Source: Candidatus Krumholzibacteriota bacterium (GTDB taxonomy: Bacteria > Krumholzibacteriota > Krumholzibacteriia > JAJRXK01). From it: a stretch of DNA of 64,000 bases. Each line of letters begins with the position of its first letter. Within the stretch, counting starts at the first letter, position 1. The notes below the pieces were generated by a model, which saw nothing but the letters and a program-made list of their open reading frames with translations, ran no database searches and was not told where the DNA came from. Shown here piece after piece: positions 10,163 through 19,139 of this stretch. Both the position numbers and the translations under genes were made by a program. The stretch is taken from the NCBI GenBank assembly GCA_963806035.1, contig CAWDWO010000038.1, positions 11,414 through 75,413 on the forward strand, written 5' to 3'.

Positions 10163-11048
10163 GGGCCCAGCCCGCGAGCGCATCCACCCCGTAATGGAAT
10201 CCGCCGTAGACCGTGCCCACGGTCAAGGCGGGAACGAGCGCGGCGAGGAACCAGCTCGCCTTTTTGCTGCGCGCCTTGAGAACCACGATCCAACAGATTG
10301 CGGCCACGGCGCAGTGCGAACTGGGAAAGGCGGTTCCCACCGACGATCCCGAGTGCAAGATGGAATGCACGAGGGGAGGGAAGATGGGTCCCATGAGATG
10401 AGGATCCGGTTCGGGGAAGTGATGGAAGGGACCCGCCACCGGAAAGCCCACGAACACGAGTTGACAGGCCACGAAAACGAGCACCAGGGCAGTGAGATAT
10501 TCCTCGACCTGTGACCAACGTCCCTTGGCGGCGAAGGCCACGAGCGGAGTGGGAATGATGAGGTAATAGCTCAAGTACGCGAAGTGCAGATACTCGGACA
10601 GCCACAAATACGGAAGGCGTTGATGCAGAATGAGTGGCAGCACCTGTCCGTGGAAGATCGCGCGTTCCACGACCAGAATCGAGCTGTCGAAATAACGCGA
10701 GGCGAAAAACATGTCGTTCAGTTCGCGCGCCTCGGTGTAGAGCAAGGGAATGAAGAGCAGCGGCAGAATCCGGCGGGCCAGTGCCATGGGTCTGTTTTGA
10801 ATCCGGGACGGTGCCCAGTGCAAACTGAAGAGTCCGAGGGCGAGGGCCAGATTCAAAAGAAACAGACGCAGCCAGTGCGCGACTCCCGCGTGAAGGAAGG
10901 GGAGCAGGAGAACCGTCAAGCCCAGGTACGCGCACAGGATTCCCTCGGAGGGACGAAAACCGCGACCAAACTGCTCGAGGCGCGGACCGGCAAGAGACCG
11001 CTCGGATGCGCCAGTGGCTTGCGGCTGGACTCGTTCGCTCACAGCCAC
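10089..11048 (-). CDS. PAP2-superfamily membrane enzyme, AUR1/inositol-phosphorylceramide-synthase-like
   Basis: Multi-TM protein with YLHFAYLSYY, FPVAGP, TAFPSSH and GFHYGVD motifs. Its start overlaps the stop of the upstream SDR gene. Confidence 0.8.
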   Translation of the reverse strand: MAVSERVQPQATGASERSLAGPRLEQFGRGFRPSEGILCAYLGLTVLLLPFLHAGVAHWLRLFLLNLALALGLFSLHWAPSRIQNRPMALARRILPLLFIPLLYTEARELNDMFFASRYFDSSILVVERAIFHGQVLPLILHQRLPYLWLSEYLHFAYLSYYLIIPTPLVAFAAKGRWSQVEEYLTALVLVFVACQLVFVGFPVAGPFHHFPEPDPHLMGPIFPPLVHSILHSGSSVGTAFPSSHCAVAAICWIVVLKARSKKASWFLAALVPALTVGTVYGGFHYGVDALAGWALSLALAPLAFSLHAHWQKRQDWRS

Positions 11049-12013
11049 CCTTCTTCCCGGTACCAGCGCATCGTGGCCTGCATTCCCTCCGCGAGAGCGA
11101 GTTTGGGCTCGTAGCCGAAGGCCTCCCTCGCCGCCTGGCTACTGCAACTGTATGAGGGAGCGCAGAAGTCGCGCGCCTTCTCCCTGCCGAACATGGCTTG
11201 CCGCCCGAAGAGTCCGTGCGCGGCGTCGTTCAGCGCGCCCGCGCCCAGGACCAGCCAATCGGGCAGAGTCGCAATGAAGACCTTGTGCGAGGAGGCGTTC
11301 GCGAGAGCCTGTGCGATCTCCCGCCAGGTGTGCGGCGGCCCATCCGTGAGGAAAAAAGTTCCCACGCCGCGCCTGTGCTCGGAGGCGGTCAGGAGGCCGG
11401 TGACGAGATCGTGCACGTGAATCAGTGAGAGATGACGTTCTCCCGAGCCCACGCAAAAGGCGAAGCCGCGCTCGGCCAGGGCGAAGAGCGGCAAGGTCGC
11501 GCTGTCTCTGGGACCATAGACGGCGGGGGGACGGATCACGGTCAAGGCTGGCCCCGAGAGAGCTGCCAGGGCAACTTCCGCTTCCAGCTTGGAACGGCCG
11601 TAAAAGCTGTGTGGATTCGGAGCGTCGTCTTCGTGGTAGACGCTTCCCTTCTCGCCGCGTCCCATCGCGGCCAGGCTGGAGACGAAAACGAAACGGCCTT
11701 CTGCAGGTGCGAATTCGGCGAAGTTGCGGTAGAGGGTGAGGGTAGCATCGACGTTCACGCGGCGGAAGGTCTCCCACTGCGCTCCCTTCAGAACGGCCGC
11801 GACGTGAAAGACACGGTCGACTCCATCGAGCGCCTCCGAGGGGATCTCACCGCGCGCGAGTTCGCCGTGAAAGACTCTCACTCTCGAGGTGTCCACGAAG
11901 CGAAGATTCGAGCTGGCGCGCACCAGCACCCGCACCTCTTCCTTCGCGCGCAAAAGCGCATCCACGAGATGGCTTCCCACGAAACCGTTCGCTCCGGTTA
12001 CCAGAACCGCCAT
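11039..12013 (-). CDS. NAD-dependent epimerase/dehydratase (extended SDR); candidate ceramide or ketosphinganine reductase
   Basis: TGANGFVG Rossmann motif, SSLAA, YGRSK catalytic motif and RPPAVYGPRD. The specific function is inferred from operon context. Confidence 0.85.
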   Translation of the reverse strand: MAVLVTGANGFVGSHLVDALLRAKEEVRVLVRASSNLRFVDTSRVRVFHGELARGEIPSEALDGVDRVFHVAAVLKGAQWETFRRVNVDATLTLYRNFAEFAPAEGRFVFVSSLAAMGRGEKGSVYHEDDAPNPHSFYGRSKLEAEVALAALSGPALTVIRPPAVYGPRDSATLPLFALAERGFAFCVGSGERHLSLIHVHDLVTGLLTASEHRRGVGTFFLTDGPPHTWREIAQALANASSHKVFIATLPDWLVLGAGALNDAAHGLFGRQAMFGREKARDFCAPSYSCSSQAAREAFGYEPKLALAEGMQATMRWYREEGWL

Positions 12014-12022
12014 GGCGGTACC

Positions 12023-13144
12023 TCAGAGCTCTCTCTGATAGATGCGGTAGGTGCGGTAAGGCTCGCCCGCGAATTTTTGCAGAGGAACGATCATCGGCAG
12101 GTTGTCTTCCAGGACCCAGGAGCACTCCGCCCAGTCGTAGCCCTTGGCCAGACCCGCTTTCACCACGGCCTGAATCAGCACACCGTCCAGACCCTTGCCG
12201 CGCATCTCGGGCACGATGCCCAGGGTGACGACCCGGATCCCATCGATCTTACGCTTGTACCAGAGGATCTTCAGCAAGCCGAAGGGGAAGAGGCGGCCGT
12301 TGGCCTCCTTCAGGGCGACGTTCAAGTCGGGGAGAGCCAGGATGAAGCCATGAGCTTCACCGCTCTTTTCATCCTCCAAAAAGAAGACGACGTCGGGATC
12401 GATACCGTAACGCAGTTCCGAAGCGAAGTGACGCACCTCGCCCTCGGACATGGGAACGAAGCCCCAGTTCTTTTCCCAGCAGCGGTTGTACAGCGCGAGG
12501 ATGCGGTCGACCTCGTTGGAGAAGTCCTTCATGTTAAGCTTGCGCAGGCGAACGCCGTGTCGCCGCATGAGCTTGTCCGCCAGGGAGAGGAGCCGGTCGA
12601 GTTCTTGGCTTCTGCGCACCTTGAAGGCCAGGAGGTCCTTCGCTTTGCGGAGTCCCGCCGCCTCGTAGCGCTCGGGGTACCAGGGCGGGTTGTAGTTCAT
12701 CATGATCACGGGCGGGCCGGGCTCGCCATCCACCAGAAGTCCGCAGCTCTCGTTGGTGGAGAGTTCGAAGGGTCCCAGGGCGTGCGTGCGCCCCCTTGCC
12801 TTCAGCCAGGAGAAGGCTTCGGAGAAGAGGGCAGCCGAGGCCTCGTCATCCTCGCGAAGCGCGTCATGGAATCCGAAGAAACCCGCTTTGTCCCCGTGGA
12901 ATTCGTTATGAGCCTGGTTGAGGTGCGCCACTACCCGGCCCACTACCTTGCCGTCTCGCAGGGCGAGAAAGGGCTGCACCTCGGCGTGCTCGTGGAAGGG
13001 GTGTTGCCCCGGGGTGAGCAGTTTGCTCACGTCGGCCTTGAGAGGAGGCACCCAGTTGGGATCGTCTCGGTAGATCTGCCATGGGAATTCGATGAAACGC
13101 TTCAGATCGGCGCGATCTTGCACCGGACGGATACTCAGGCTCAT
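12023..13144 (-). CDS. GNAT-fold acyltransferase, bacterial ceramide synthase (bCerS/YghO-like) family
   Basis: FIEFPWQIYRDDPNWVPPL, GFFGF, MMNYNPPWY, WEKNWGFVPMS, LGIVPEMRGKG and ECSWVLEDN; directly downstream of spt. Confidence 0.8.
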   Translation of the reverse strand: MSLSIRPVQDRADLKRFIEFPWQIYRDDPNWVPPLKADVSKLLTPGQHPFHEHAEVQPFLALRDGKVVGRVVAHLNQAHNEFHGDKAGFFGFHDALREDDEASAALFSEAFSWLKARGRTHALGPFELSTNESCGLLVDGEPGPPVIMMNYNPPWYPERYEAAGLRKAKDLLAFKVRRSQELDRLLSLADKLMRRHGVRLRKLNMKDFSNEVDRILALYNRCWEKNWGFVPMSEGEVRHFASELRYGIDPDVVFFLEDEKSGEAHGFILALPDLNVALKEANGRLFPFGLLKILWYKRKIDGIRVVTLGIVPEMRGKGLDGVLIQAVVKAGLAKGYDWAECSWVLEDNLPMIVPLQKFAGEPYRTYRIYQREL

Positions 13145-13165
13145 GAACGCTCCCCACGCTGAAAC

Positions 13166-14395
13166 TCAGATGAGTCCCAGCTCCTTGCCGACCCGGCGGA
13201 AGATATCGAGAGCGCGGTGCAGCTGATCGTCGGTGTGCGTTGCGATGTACGAGGTCCGCAGCAGCGCCTTGCCTTCGGGTACCGCGGGGGACACCACCGG
13301 GTTCGTGAACACCCCACCGTCCAAGAGCGCCCTCCACAGTTGGAAGGCCATCTGTGATTCACCGACGACGATGGGTATGATCGGTGTCTCGGTGCTTCCC
13401 ACATCCCAACCCATTCCCGCCAACTCTTTCTTCATCAAGTTCTGGATCTCCCACAGCCGGACGCGCCGTTCGGGCTCGGTCCGGATGATCTCCAGACTCT
13501 TCAAGACGGTGGCCACCGCATAGGGGGGCATGGCCGCGGAGAAGATCATGGGTCGCGCGTTGTGACGCAGGAAGTCGATGACCGAGCTGTCGCCCGCCAT
13601 GAATCCGCCGATCGAGGCGAAGGACTTGGAGAAGGTTCCCATGATGAGATCCGTTTCCCCAGCCAGTCCGAAGTGGTCGGTGACCCCGGCTCCTTTGGGG
13701 CCGACGACTCCCAGCGAATGGGCCTCGTCGACCAGCACGCGCGCCCCGGCGCCGTGTGCCAGGTTGAGAACCTCGGGCAGCGGCGTCAGGTCGCCGTCCA
13801 TCGAGAAGACTCCGTCGACCGCGATGAGCACCCCGCGGTTCGTGGGGATTTTCTCCAGCTGCTCGGCCAGGTCGCGCATGTCGTTGTGACGAAAACGCGC
13901 CACTTGTCCGGGAGACATGATGGCGCCGTCGACGATGCACGCGTGATCCAATTTGTCGATGAGTGCTGTGTCGTCGCGACCGACCAGGGCCGCGATACAG
14001 CCCAGGTTGGTCTGGTAGCCGGTCGAGAAGACGAGGGTCTCCTCCTTGCCCACGAAATCCGCCAGCTCGGCTTCGAGCTTCAAGTGCAAGTCGAGGGTGC
14101 CGTTCAAAAAGCGGCTGCCGGTACACCCCGCGCCGTAGGAACGCGAAGCGGCCTCACCCGCCTCGAGTACGCGCGGATCGTGGGTGAGTCCCAGGTAGTT
14201 GTTCGAGCCCAGCATGACCACCGACTTGCCAGCGATCGTGACCTCGGTCCCCTCGCTCCCCTCGATGGGTATGAAATACGGATACAGCCCAGTGGCGCGA
14301 GTCTCGCGGGCTCGGGTGTAGGAGGCGGCCTTCTGGAAGACATCCTCGCGCTCTTGGGTGTTGGATTTTCGACTGGTCTGTGGATTTGGATTCAT
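13166..14395 (-). CDS. spt: PLP-dependent alpha-oxoamine synthase, probable serine palmitoyltransferase
   Basis: GSNNYLGL, GSRFLNGTLDLH, DHACIVDG, DEAHSLG and the PLP-lysine motif GTFSKSFASIGG, which is SPT-type. No biotin genes nearby. Confidence 0.8.
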   Translation of the reverse strand: MNPNPQTSRKSNTQEREDVFQKAASYTRARETRATGLYPYFIPIEGSEGTEVTIAGKSVVMLGSNNYLGLTHDPRVLEAGEAASRSYGAGCTGSRFLNGTLDLHLKLEAELADFVGKEETLVFSTGYQTNLGCIAALVGRDDTALIDKLDHACIVDGAIMSPGQVARFRHNDMRDLAEQLEKIPTNRGVLIAVDGVFSMDGDLTPLPEVLNLAHGAGARVLVDEAHSLGVVGPKGAGVTDHFGLAGETDLIMGTFSKSFASIGGFMAGDSSVIDFLRHNARPMIFSAAMPPYAVATVLKSLEIIRTEPERRVRLWEIQNLMKKELAGMGWDVGSTETPIIPIVVGESQMAFQLWRALLDGGVFTNPVVSPAVPEGKALLRTSYIATHTDDQLHRALDIFRRVGKELGLI

Positions 14396-14401
14396 CGATT
14401 T

Positions 14402-14590
14402 TCAGACATCCAGGAGAAAGAGATCCTCGGTCTCGCCGCCGGAAGGCCAACAGGCTTCCTCGGTGGACGGCGCGCGCGGGGCAAAAAACAATAGCGCTAA
14501 GATGGTACTCAGCAACAGTCCAGCAAGAAGGACGGGAAACGACCTCAAATTCGCAGCCGCCCGCAGATTCTCGCCAAGATAGAAGTCCAC
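14402..14590 (-). CDS. Possible small single-pass membrane protein (62 aa)
   Basis: GTG start with GGGAAG upstream, one TM stretch (FPVLLAGLLLSTILALLFFA), and a stop 6 nt before the spt ATG. Confidence 0.35.
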   Translation of the reverse strand: MDFYLGENLRAAANLRSFPVLLAGLLLSTILALLFFAPRAPSTEEACWPSGGETEDLFLLDV

Positions 14591-14858
14591 ACATGCGCTT
14601 CCCGCGGATTCAACACGATTTTGCCCGGCAATGCCAAGAAAGAACTGCCCCAATCCGGACCAAATGGAGCTCGCGCGGGCCCCTCCACGGCGGCGAGAGC
14701 CCCTGCCGGAGGGCCGGGAGAGCGGATTTGAGCCCCTTCGCCGCAGGGCTTGGGGATCGGACACAAATCCGCCAGCGGAAGCCAAGCGTTGCCATCGGGG
14801 CCTGGCCGAGGCATCCTGCGAGCTGTCTCTCGCGGAGGCGCCGGGCGCGCTTTGGAAG

Positions 14859-15974
14859 ATGCGAATCCTCGAACTGGGAAAATTCTACCCCCCGGTGCGC
14901 GGTGGGATGGAGAGCGCTCTCGAGCAAATCTGTCTCGGCTTGCGCCGGCGTGGGCACCGGGTGCTGGCCCTGGTTTCGGCCGACGAGCGGCGCGCCAGCG
15001 CGAGCTACCGGGAGGGAGTCGCGGTCTGGCGGCTGGGGCGCTACGGCCAGATTGCCAGCAGTCCGGTCAATCCGGGACTGGCGCGGGCCCTAAAGAGGGT
15101 GCGCTTGCAGTTTCGCCCGCAGCTGGTGCACCTCCATCTGCCCAATCCCGCGGTGGCGGTCGCCTGGCTGCTCTTCGGCGACCGCCAGTTGCCCTTGGTC
15201 ATCAGCTACCACAGTGACATCGTCCGGCAGCGTCGCCTGGCTTCACTGCTGGAACCTCTACGGCAGCGAGTCCTCGCGCGCGCGGCGAAAATCGTGGTGA
15301 GCAGCGAGGATCTGCGGAACTCGAGCCGGAGCCTGGCGGCGCACCGTGCGCGTTGTATCGTCATTCCGTGGGGCATCGACGTGGACACGATTCTCCCCGG
15401 CCCGCCTCCGAGCCCCGAGCTTCTCCCTTTCCCGCGCTACTTCCTCTTCGTCGGTCGCATGGTGTATTACAAAGGACTGGAGGTTCTCTTGGCCGCCTTG
15501 CAGCAAGAGAACATGCCCCTCGTGGTGGTCGGAGAAGGCCCGCTGCGGGCGCGCTGGGAAAAGCAGGCCGCCTCACGCGGGCTCGGCGATCGAGTGTACT
15601 TCGCGGGCGCGGTGTCCCAGCAAGCGCTGGACACTCTCTACCGCGGCTGCGTGGCACAGGTTCTTCCCAGCATCGCAGCCAGTGAGACCTTCGGATTGGT
15701 GCAGCTGGAAGCCATGGCACGCGGCCGGCCCGTGGTTGCGGCGCGGGCCTCCGGAGGCGTGGCCTCGGTGCAGGAGGATGGGGTCAGCGGACTTCTGGTG
15801 CCGCCGGCCGATGCCGATTCCCTGCGCCGCGCGCTCAAGACCCTTTGGGACGATCCGCAGCGCGTTGAGGCAATGGGCCAGGCGGCACGCGCGCGCGTCG
15901 TCTCCCATTTCCATCAGGGGCGGCGGATGGAGCAGCTGTCTGGCCTTCTCGAAGGACTCGTCGCTCATGAGTGA
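14859..15974 (+). CDS. Glycosyltransferase family 4
   Basis: MRILELGKFYPPVRGGME, HLHLPNP, YHSDIVRQ, FVGRMVYYKG and ETFGLVQLEAMARGRPVV. Confidence 0.92.
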   Translation: MRILELGKFYPPVRGGMESALEQICLGLRRRGHRVLALVSADERRASASYREGVAVWRLGRYGQIASSPVNPGLARALKRVRLQFRPQLVHLHLPNPAVAVAWLLFGDRQLPLVISYHSDIVRQRRLASLLEPLRQRVLARAAKIVVSSEDLRNSSRSLAAHRARCIVIPWGIDVDTILPGPPPSPELLPFPRYFLFVGRMVYYKGLEVLLAALQQENMPLVVVGEGPLRARWEKQAASRGLGDRVYFAGAVSQQALDTLYRGCVAQVLPSIAASETFGLVQLEAMARGRPVVAARASGGVASVQEDGVSGLLVPPADADSLRRALKTLWDDPQRVEAMGQAARARVVSHFHQGRRMEQLSGLLEGLVAHE

Positions 15975-16821
15975 GCAGGATCAGGTTCGTTTTCTCAACC
16001 CCTGGACCCTTCTTCTGCCCGAGGAAAGGGGCAGAGTTCTCGCCGTGGCCGGCAGCGGGGGCAAGAGCGCGCTTCTGCGACGGCTCTATCAGCATTACCG
16101 GGCCGAGGGCTACAGCGTGTTGTGGAGCCAGACGGTGGATCATCCTCCCCCCACGCAGATTCCTGAACACAGCATCGCGGCGCCGATCGAGAAGCTGCGG
16201 GAAGAGTTTCAGCATCATGCGGCGCTGTTCGTGGCAGGAGAGCGCGATGGGGAAGGCAGGGCGCGCGGTCTGCCTCCTCGGAGGATCGAAGAACTGCGCC
16301 ACCAGCTCGCGCCGGATGTCGTTCTCGTGGAAGCCCAAGCCCAGAACGGCAAGCCCCTTCTGGAGCATGGACAGGCGCCGGTCTGGCCACGACCGCTCCA
16401 CATGGTCTTTGCCCTCGCGGGTCTGCACGCGGTGGGGAGTCTGAAGCCCCGCCGGGGGGACCTTTCCGCGCAGGACGAGAAGCCAGAGGACGGAGAGCCG
16501 CCGCGCTTCACCAGCGAGGACGTACTGCGCCAGTTCACGGCGGCTGGTGGACTCCTCGAGCAGACTCCCCAGGGAGTTCCCTGCTTTCCTTTCCTTTCCG
16601 GCCTGGGCCGCTTTCGCGATCTCGACGGCATGTTCGAGCTGGTGGCGAAACTCTGGGAAACTCCGGGCGTCAAGGCGGTGCTTCTCGGCGAGCTCACCGG
16701 CCACGCGCGCATCGACGCTGCCGAGGATGCGGCGGCGGCACAGCTCGGAGGAGCCCCGCACCTTGCCGGTGAACGGATCTACGCGCTCTATCCTTCACAC
16801 CTGGACGAGGTCGAAAGCTAG
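15967..16821 (+). CDS. Hypothetical P-loop-like protein, resembles YqeC (selenium-dependent hydroxylase accessory protein)
   Basis: VLAVAGSGGKSALLRRL and DVVLVEAQAQNGKPL resemble the YqeC GGGKT and vlvEADG..gkPlK motifs. ATG overlaps the end of the GT4 gene. Confidence 0.55.
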   Translation: MSEQDQVRFLNPWTLLLPEERGRVLAVAGSGGKSALLRRLYQHYRAEGYSVLWSQTVDHPPPTQIPEHSIAAPIEKLREEFQHHAALFVAGERDGEGRARGLPPRRIEELRHQLAPDVVLVEAQAQNGKPLLEHGQAPVWPRPLHMVFALAGLHAVGSLKPRRGDLSAQDEKPEDGEPPRFTSEDVLRQFTAAGGLLEQTPQGVPCFPFLSGLGRFRDLDGMFELVAKLWETPGVKAVLLGELTGHARIDAAEDAAAAQLGGAPHLAGERIYALYPSHLDEVES

Positions 16822-16825
16822 GCGG

Positions 16826-16854
16826 TTGTCCCGCGCTCTTCGCGACTCTATACT
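16826..16854 (+). promoter_or_regulatory. Sigma70-type promoter upstream of the DEDDh exonuclease gene
   Basis: TTGTCC-N17-TATACT. Confidence 0.55.
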
Positions 16855-16950
16855 GACGCGCATCGAGGCCACGCCGAGACACCACCTCGCGCATGCCATC
16901 CTTCAAATCGCCCCACAAATTGTAGGGAACTCCCCGAAAAGGAGTCTTGC

Positions 16951-17802
16951 GTGTCACAGATCGAAATCAACGATCCTCTGCGCGATCTCGACTTCGTCGC
17001 ATTCGATACGGAGACCACCGGCCTCTCCGCCGCGATGGAACGCGTGGTGGAACTCTCCGCGGTACGTTTTCGATTCGACGGTGAGGAACTCGAGACCTTC
17101 GACGAGTTGATCGACCCCAAGCGCTCGATTCCCGCGGATGCGGCGCGAATTCACGGGATCAGCGACGCCATGGTGGAGGGCAAGCCGCTCATGGACGAAG
17201 TGCTGCCCCGATTTCTCGAATTCTGCGAAGACGCGGTTCTGTTGGCGCATAACGCGGAATTCGATCTCGGATTTCTGGTACATGAAGCCTCGCGTTCCGG
17301 GATCACTCTTCCCACGCCCCCCGTGCTGGACACGGTGGAAATTTCACGCCGTCTGCGACCCGATCTGCCCAACCACAAATTGGAGACGATTTCCCGCGCC
17401 TTGGGCTGTGAGCCGACGACCTACCATCGAGCCCTGGCTGACGCGGAGACTCTGAAGTCGAGCTTTCTCAAATTGCTCGAGGAGAAGCATCAACAGAGCA
17501 CTCTCGGTGAACTCATCAAGGATACCGGGAGTGCGCTCACTTTTGGCTGGCCGGATCGCACGCGGGCGTGGCTACCGCCTCGACTGCGCGCCATCGACGA
17601 CGCCATGATCTCACAGAGCAAGGTCACCATCGTCTACCAGCCAGAGGGCCAGCGCGAGGAGGCGCGTGAGATCGTGCCGCGCGCATATTTGAGGCGCCCG
17701 GGGGTCACACTGCTCATGGGACGTCTCGATGGGGGGATGGACCGGAATTACCGCCTTGCGTGGATCACGCGCGCGCACATGGCGCAGGCCACCCTTTTCT
17801 GA
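16951..17802 (+). CDS. DEDDh 3'-5' exonuclease (DnaQ-like) with C-terminal WYL-like domain
   Basis: FVAFDTETTG, AHNAEFD and HRALADA; C-terminal VTIVY...REIVP...RNYRLAWI. Confidence 0.85.
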   Translation: MSQIEINDPLRDLDFVAFDTETTGLSAAMERVVELSAVRFRFDGEELETFDELIDPKRSIPADAARIHGISDAMVEGKPLMDEVLPRFLEFCEDAVLLAHNAEFDLGFLVHEASRSGITLPTPPVLDTVEISRRLRPDLPNHKLETISRALGCEPTTYHRALADAETLKSSFLKLLEEKHQQSTLGELIKDTGSALTFGWPDRTRAWLPPRLRAIDDAMISQSKVTIVYQPEGQREEAREIVPRAYLRRPGVTLLMGRLDGGMDRNYRLAWITRAHMAQATLF

Positions 17803-17891
17803 GCGAGGCGCTGGCACGCGGGGCGCCCGATGGGAACCGCGCATGCTGAGCGCACATATAAAGCAGGGATCGGCGGCAGGGGGCTCCGCGA

Positions 17892-17921
17892 TTGACAGGT
17901 GGGTGATCTCGCTCTTATCTT
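17892..17921 (+). promoter_or_regulatory. Sigma70-type promoter upstream of the TPR gene
   Basis: TTGACA-N18-TATCTT. Confidence 0.55.
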
Positions 17922-17996
17922 GCCGCGATTCTCAACACCGCGAAAGACCGTCTGTTTGGCGCGTTATTCCACCTTTGTTCTGGAGGTTCGTGAACC

Positions 17997-19136
17997 GTGA
18001 AGTCTCTCGCAATCAGCGCCCGGGCCGGCGTTCTCCTCTTTTTACTCATGCTCATGAGTGCCGGACCCGTTCTCGCCGAATGCTCTCCGAGCGAGATGGC
18101 AGCCGCTCGGCAGTCCTACGATACCGCCTATGCCTTCGTGCAACAGGGCAAATGGAATACGGCCATCAAGAGTCTGGAAAAAGCACAGGAGGAGTGTCCC
18201 GAGCATTGGCAGAGCAAGGAGCTTCTGGCACAAGCCTATCTTCGGACCAAGGATTACGAGAAGTCCGTGGCGGAATACAAGGCCCTCATCCAGGGCCGCT
18301 ACCACGGGAGCGTGGACAGTACCGAGACTCGAGTGCTCTCCGGCTATGGCTTCGCTCTCTTGAAGATGAAGAATGCCAAGGATGCCGAAGCCGTCTATCT
18401 GGCCATCACCAAGAAGGATCCCGAGAAGGAAGATCCCCTCAAGCGCTTGGTCTACGTCTACGAGGCCACCAAACGCTACGACAAGGCCATCGAGTACGAG
18501 CAGAAGCTCTACGAGATGAATCCCGACGAGCACGAGTACACCAAGAAGATCGGTGATCTCTACCTCAAGAAGGGCGACAACGCGAAAGCGCAGGAATGGT
18601 ACTCCAAGGCGGCCGCCGAGGGGATCGCGACACGCGGCTCCTACGAACTGGGAGTCGATCACATGAAGGCCGGGCGTTTCGCCCAAGCCGCGAAGGCCTT
18701 CGAAGACTATGTCGCGGGAAAGCCCAAGAGCGCTGCCGGCTTCCAGAATCTAGGATATTGCTACACCAAGCTGGGGAAGAACCAGGAGGCCATCGAGGCC
18801 TACCAGACGGCGCTCTCCATCGAGGGCGACCGGCACAGCGTGGCTTCCAGCCTCGGATTTCTCTACCTGGACAACAAGCAGATCGACGAGGCCGAAAAGC
18901 TCGCGCGCAAGGCCATCGACACCTGGCCTCAGGACGATCCCAAGAAGCCCGGCATGTACTACCTGATGGGCCAGATCCTGGAGAAGAGAGGCGAGTACCA
19001 GTCGGCCATCGACACCTTCAGCAAGGTCCTTGACGATCCCCAGTGGGGCGATCGGGCCGAGGCACAGGTGGAACGTCAACGCCAGCTCATCGCGCGCCAG
19101 AAGGCGCTGGACGAGCAGAAGAAACAGCGCGGTTGA
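17997..19136 (+). CDS. Exported tetratricopeptide repeat protein
   Basis: Signal peptide ending in VLA, then repeated TPR patterns such as AAGFQNLGYCYTKLGKNQEAIEAYQTALSIE. Confidence 0.88.
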   Translation: MKSLAISARAGVLLFLLMLMSAGPVLAECSPSEMAAARQSYDTAYAFVQQGKWNTAIKSLEKAQEECPEHWQSKELLAQAYLRTKDYEKSVAEYKALIQGRYHGSVDSTETRVLSGYGFALLKMKNAKDAEAVYLAITKKDPEKEDPLKRLVYVYEATKRYDKAIEYEQKLYEMNPDEHEYTKKIGDLYLKKGDNAKAQEWYSKAAAEGIATRGSYELGVDHMKAGRFAQAAKAFEDYVAGKPKSAAGFQNLGYCYTKLGKNQEAIEAYQTALSIEGDRHSVASSLGFLYLDNKQIDEAEKLARKAIDTWPQDDPKKPGMYYLMGQILEKRGEYQSAIDTFSKVLDDPQWGDRAEAQVERQRQLIARQKALDEQKKQRG

Positions 19137-19139
19137 GAC

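Noticed and set aside
13166..14395. Annotation as bioF or kbl
   Set aside because: The GTFSKS motif and the adjacent GNAT and SDR genes favour Spt, and no bio or tdh genes are nearby. Not formally excluded without a phylogeny.
14700..14775. tRNA-like fragment (GGGGCTCAAATCCGCTCTCC on the minus strand resembles a T-arm)
   Set aside because: No TTC T-loop, D-arm or anticodon arm could be built; kept only as an inverted repeat.
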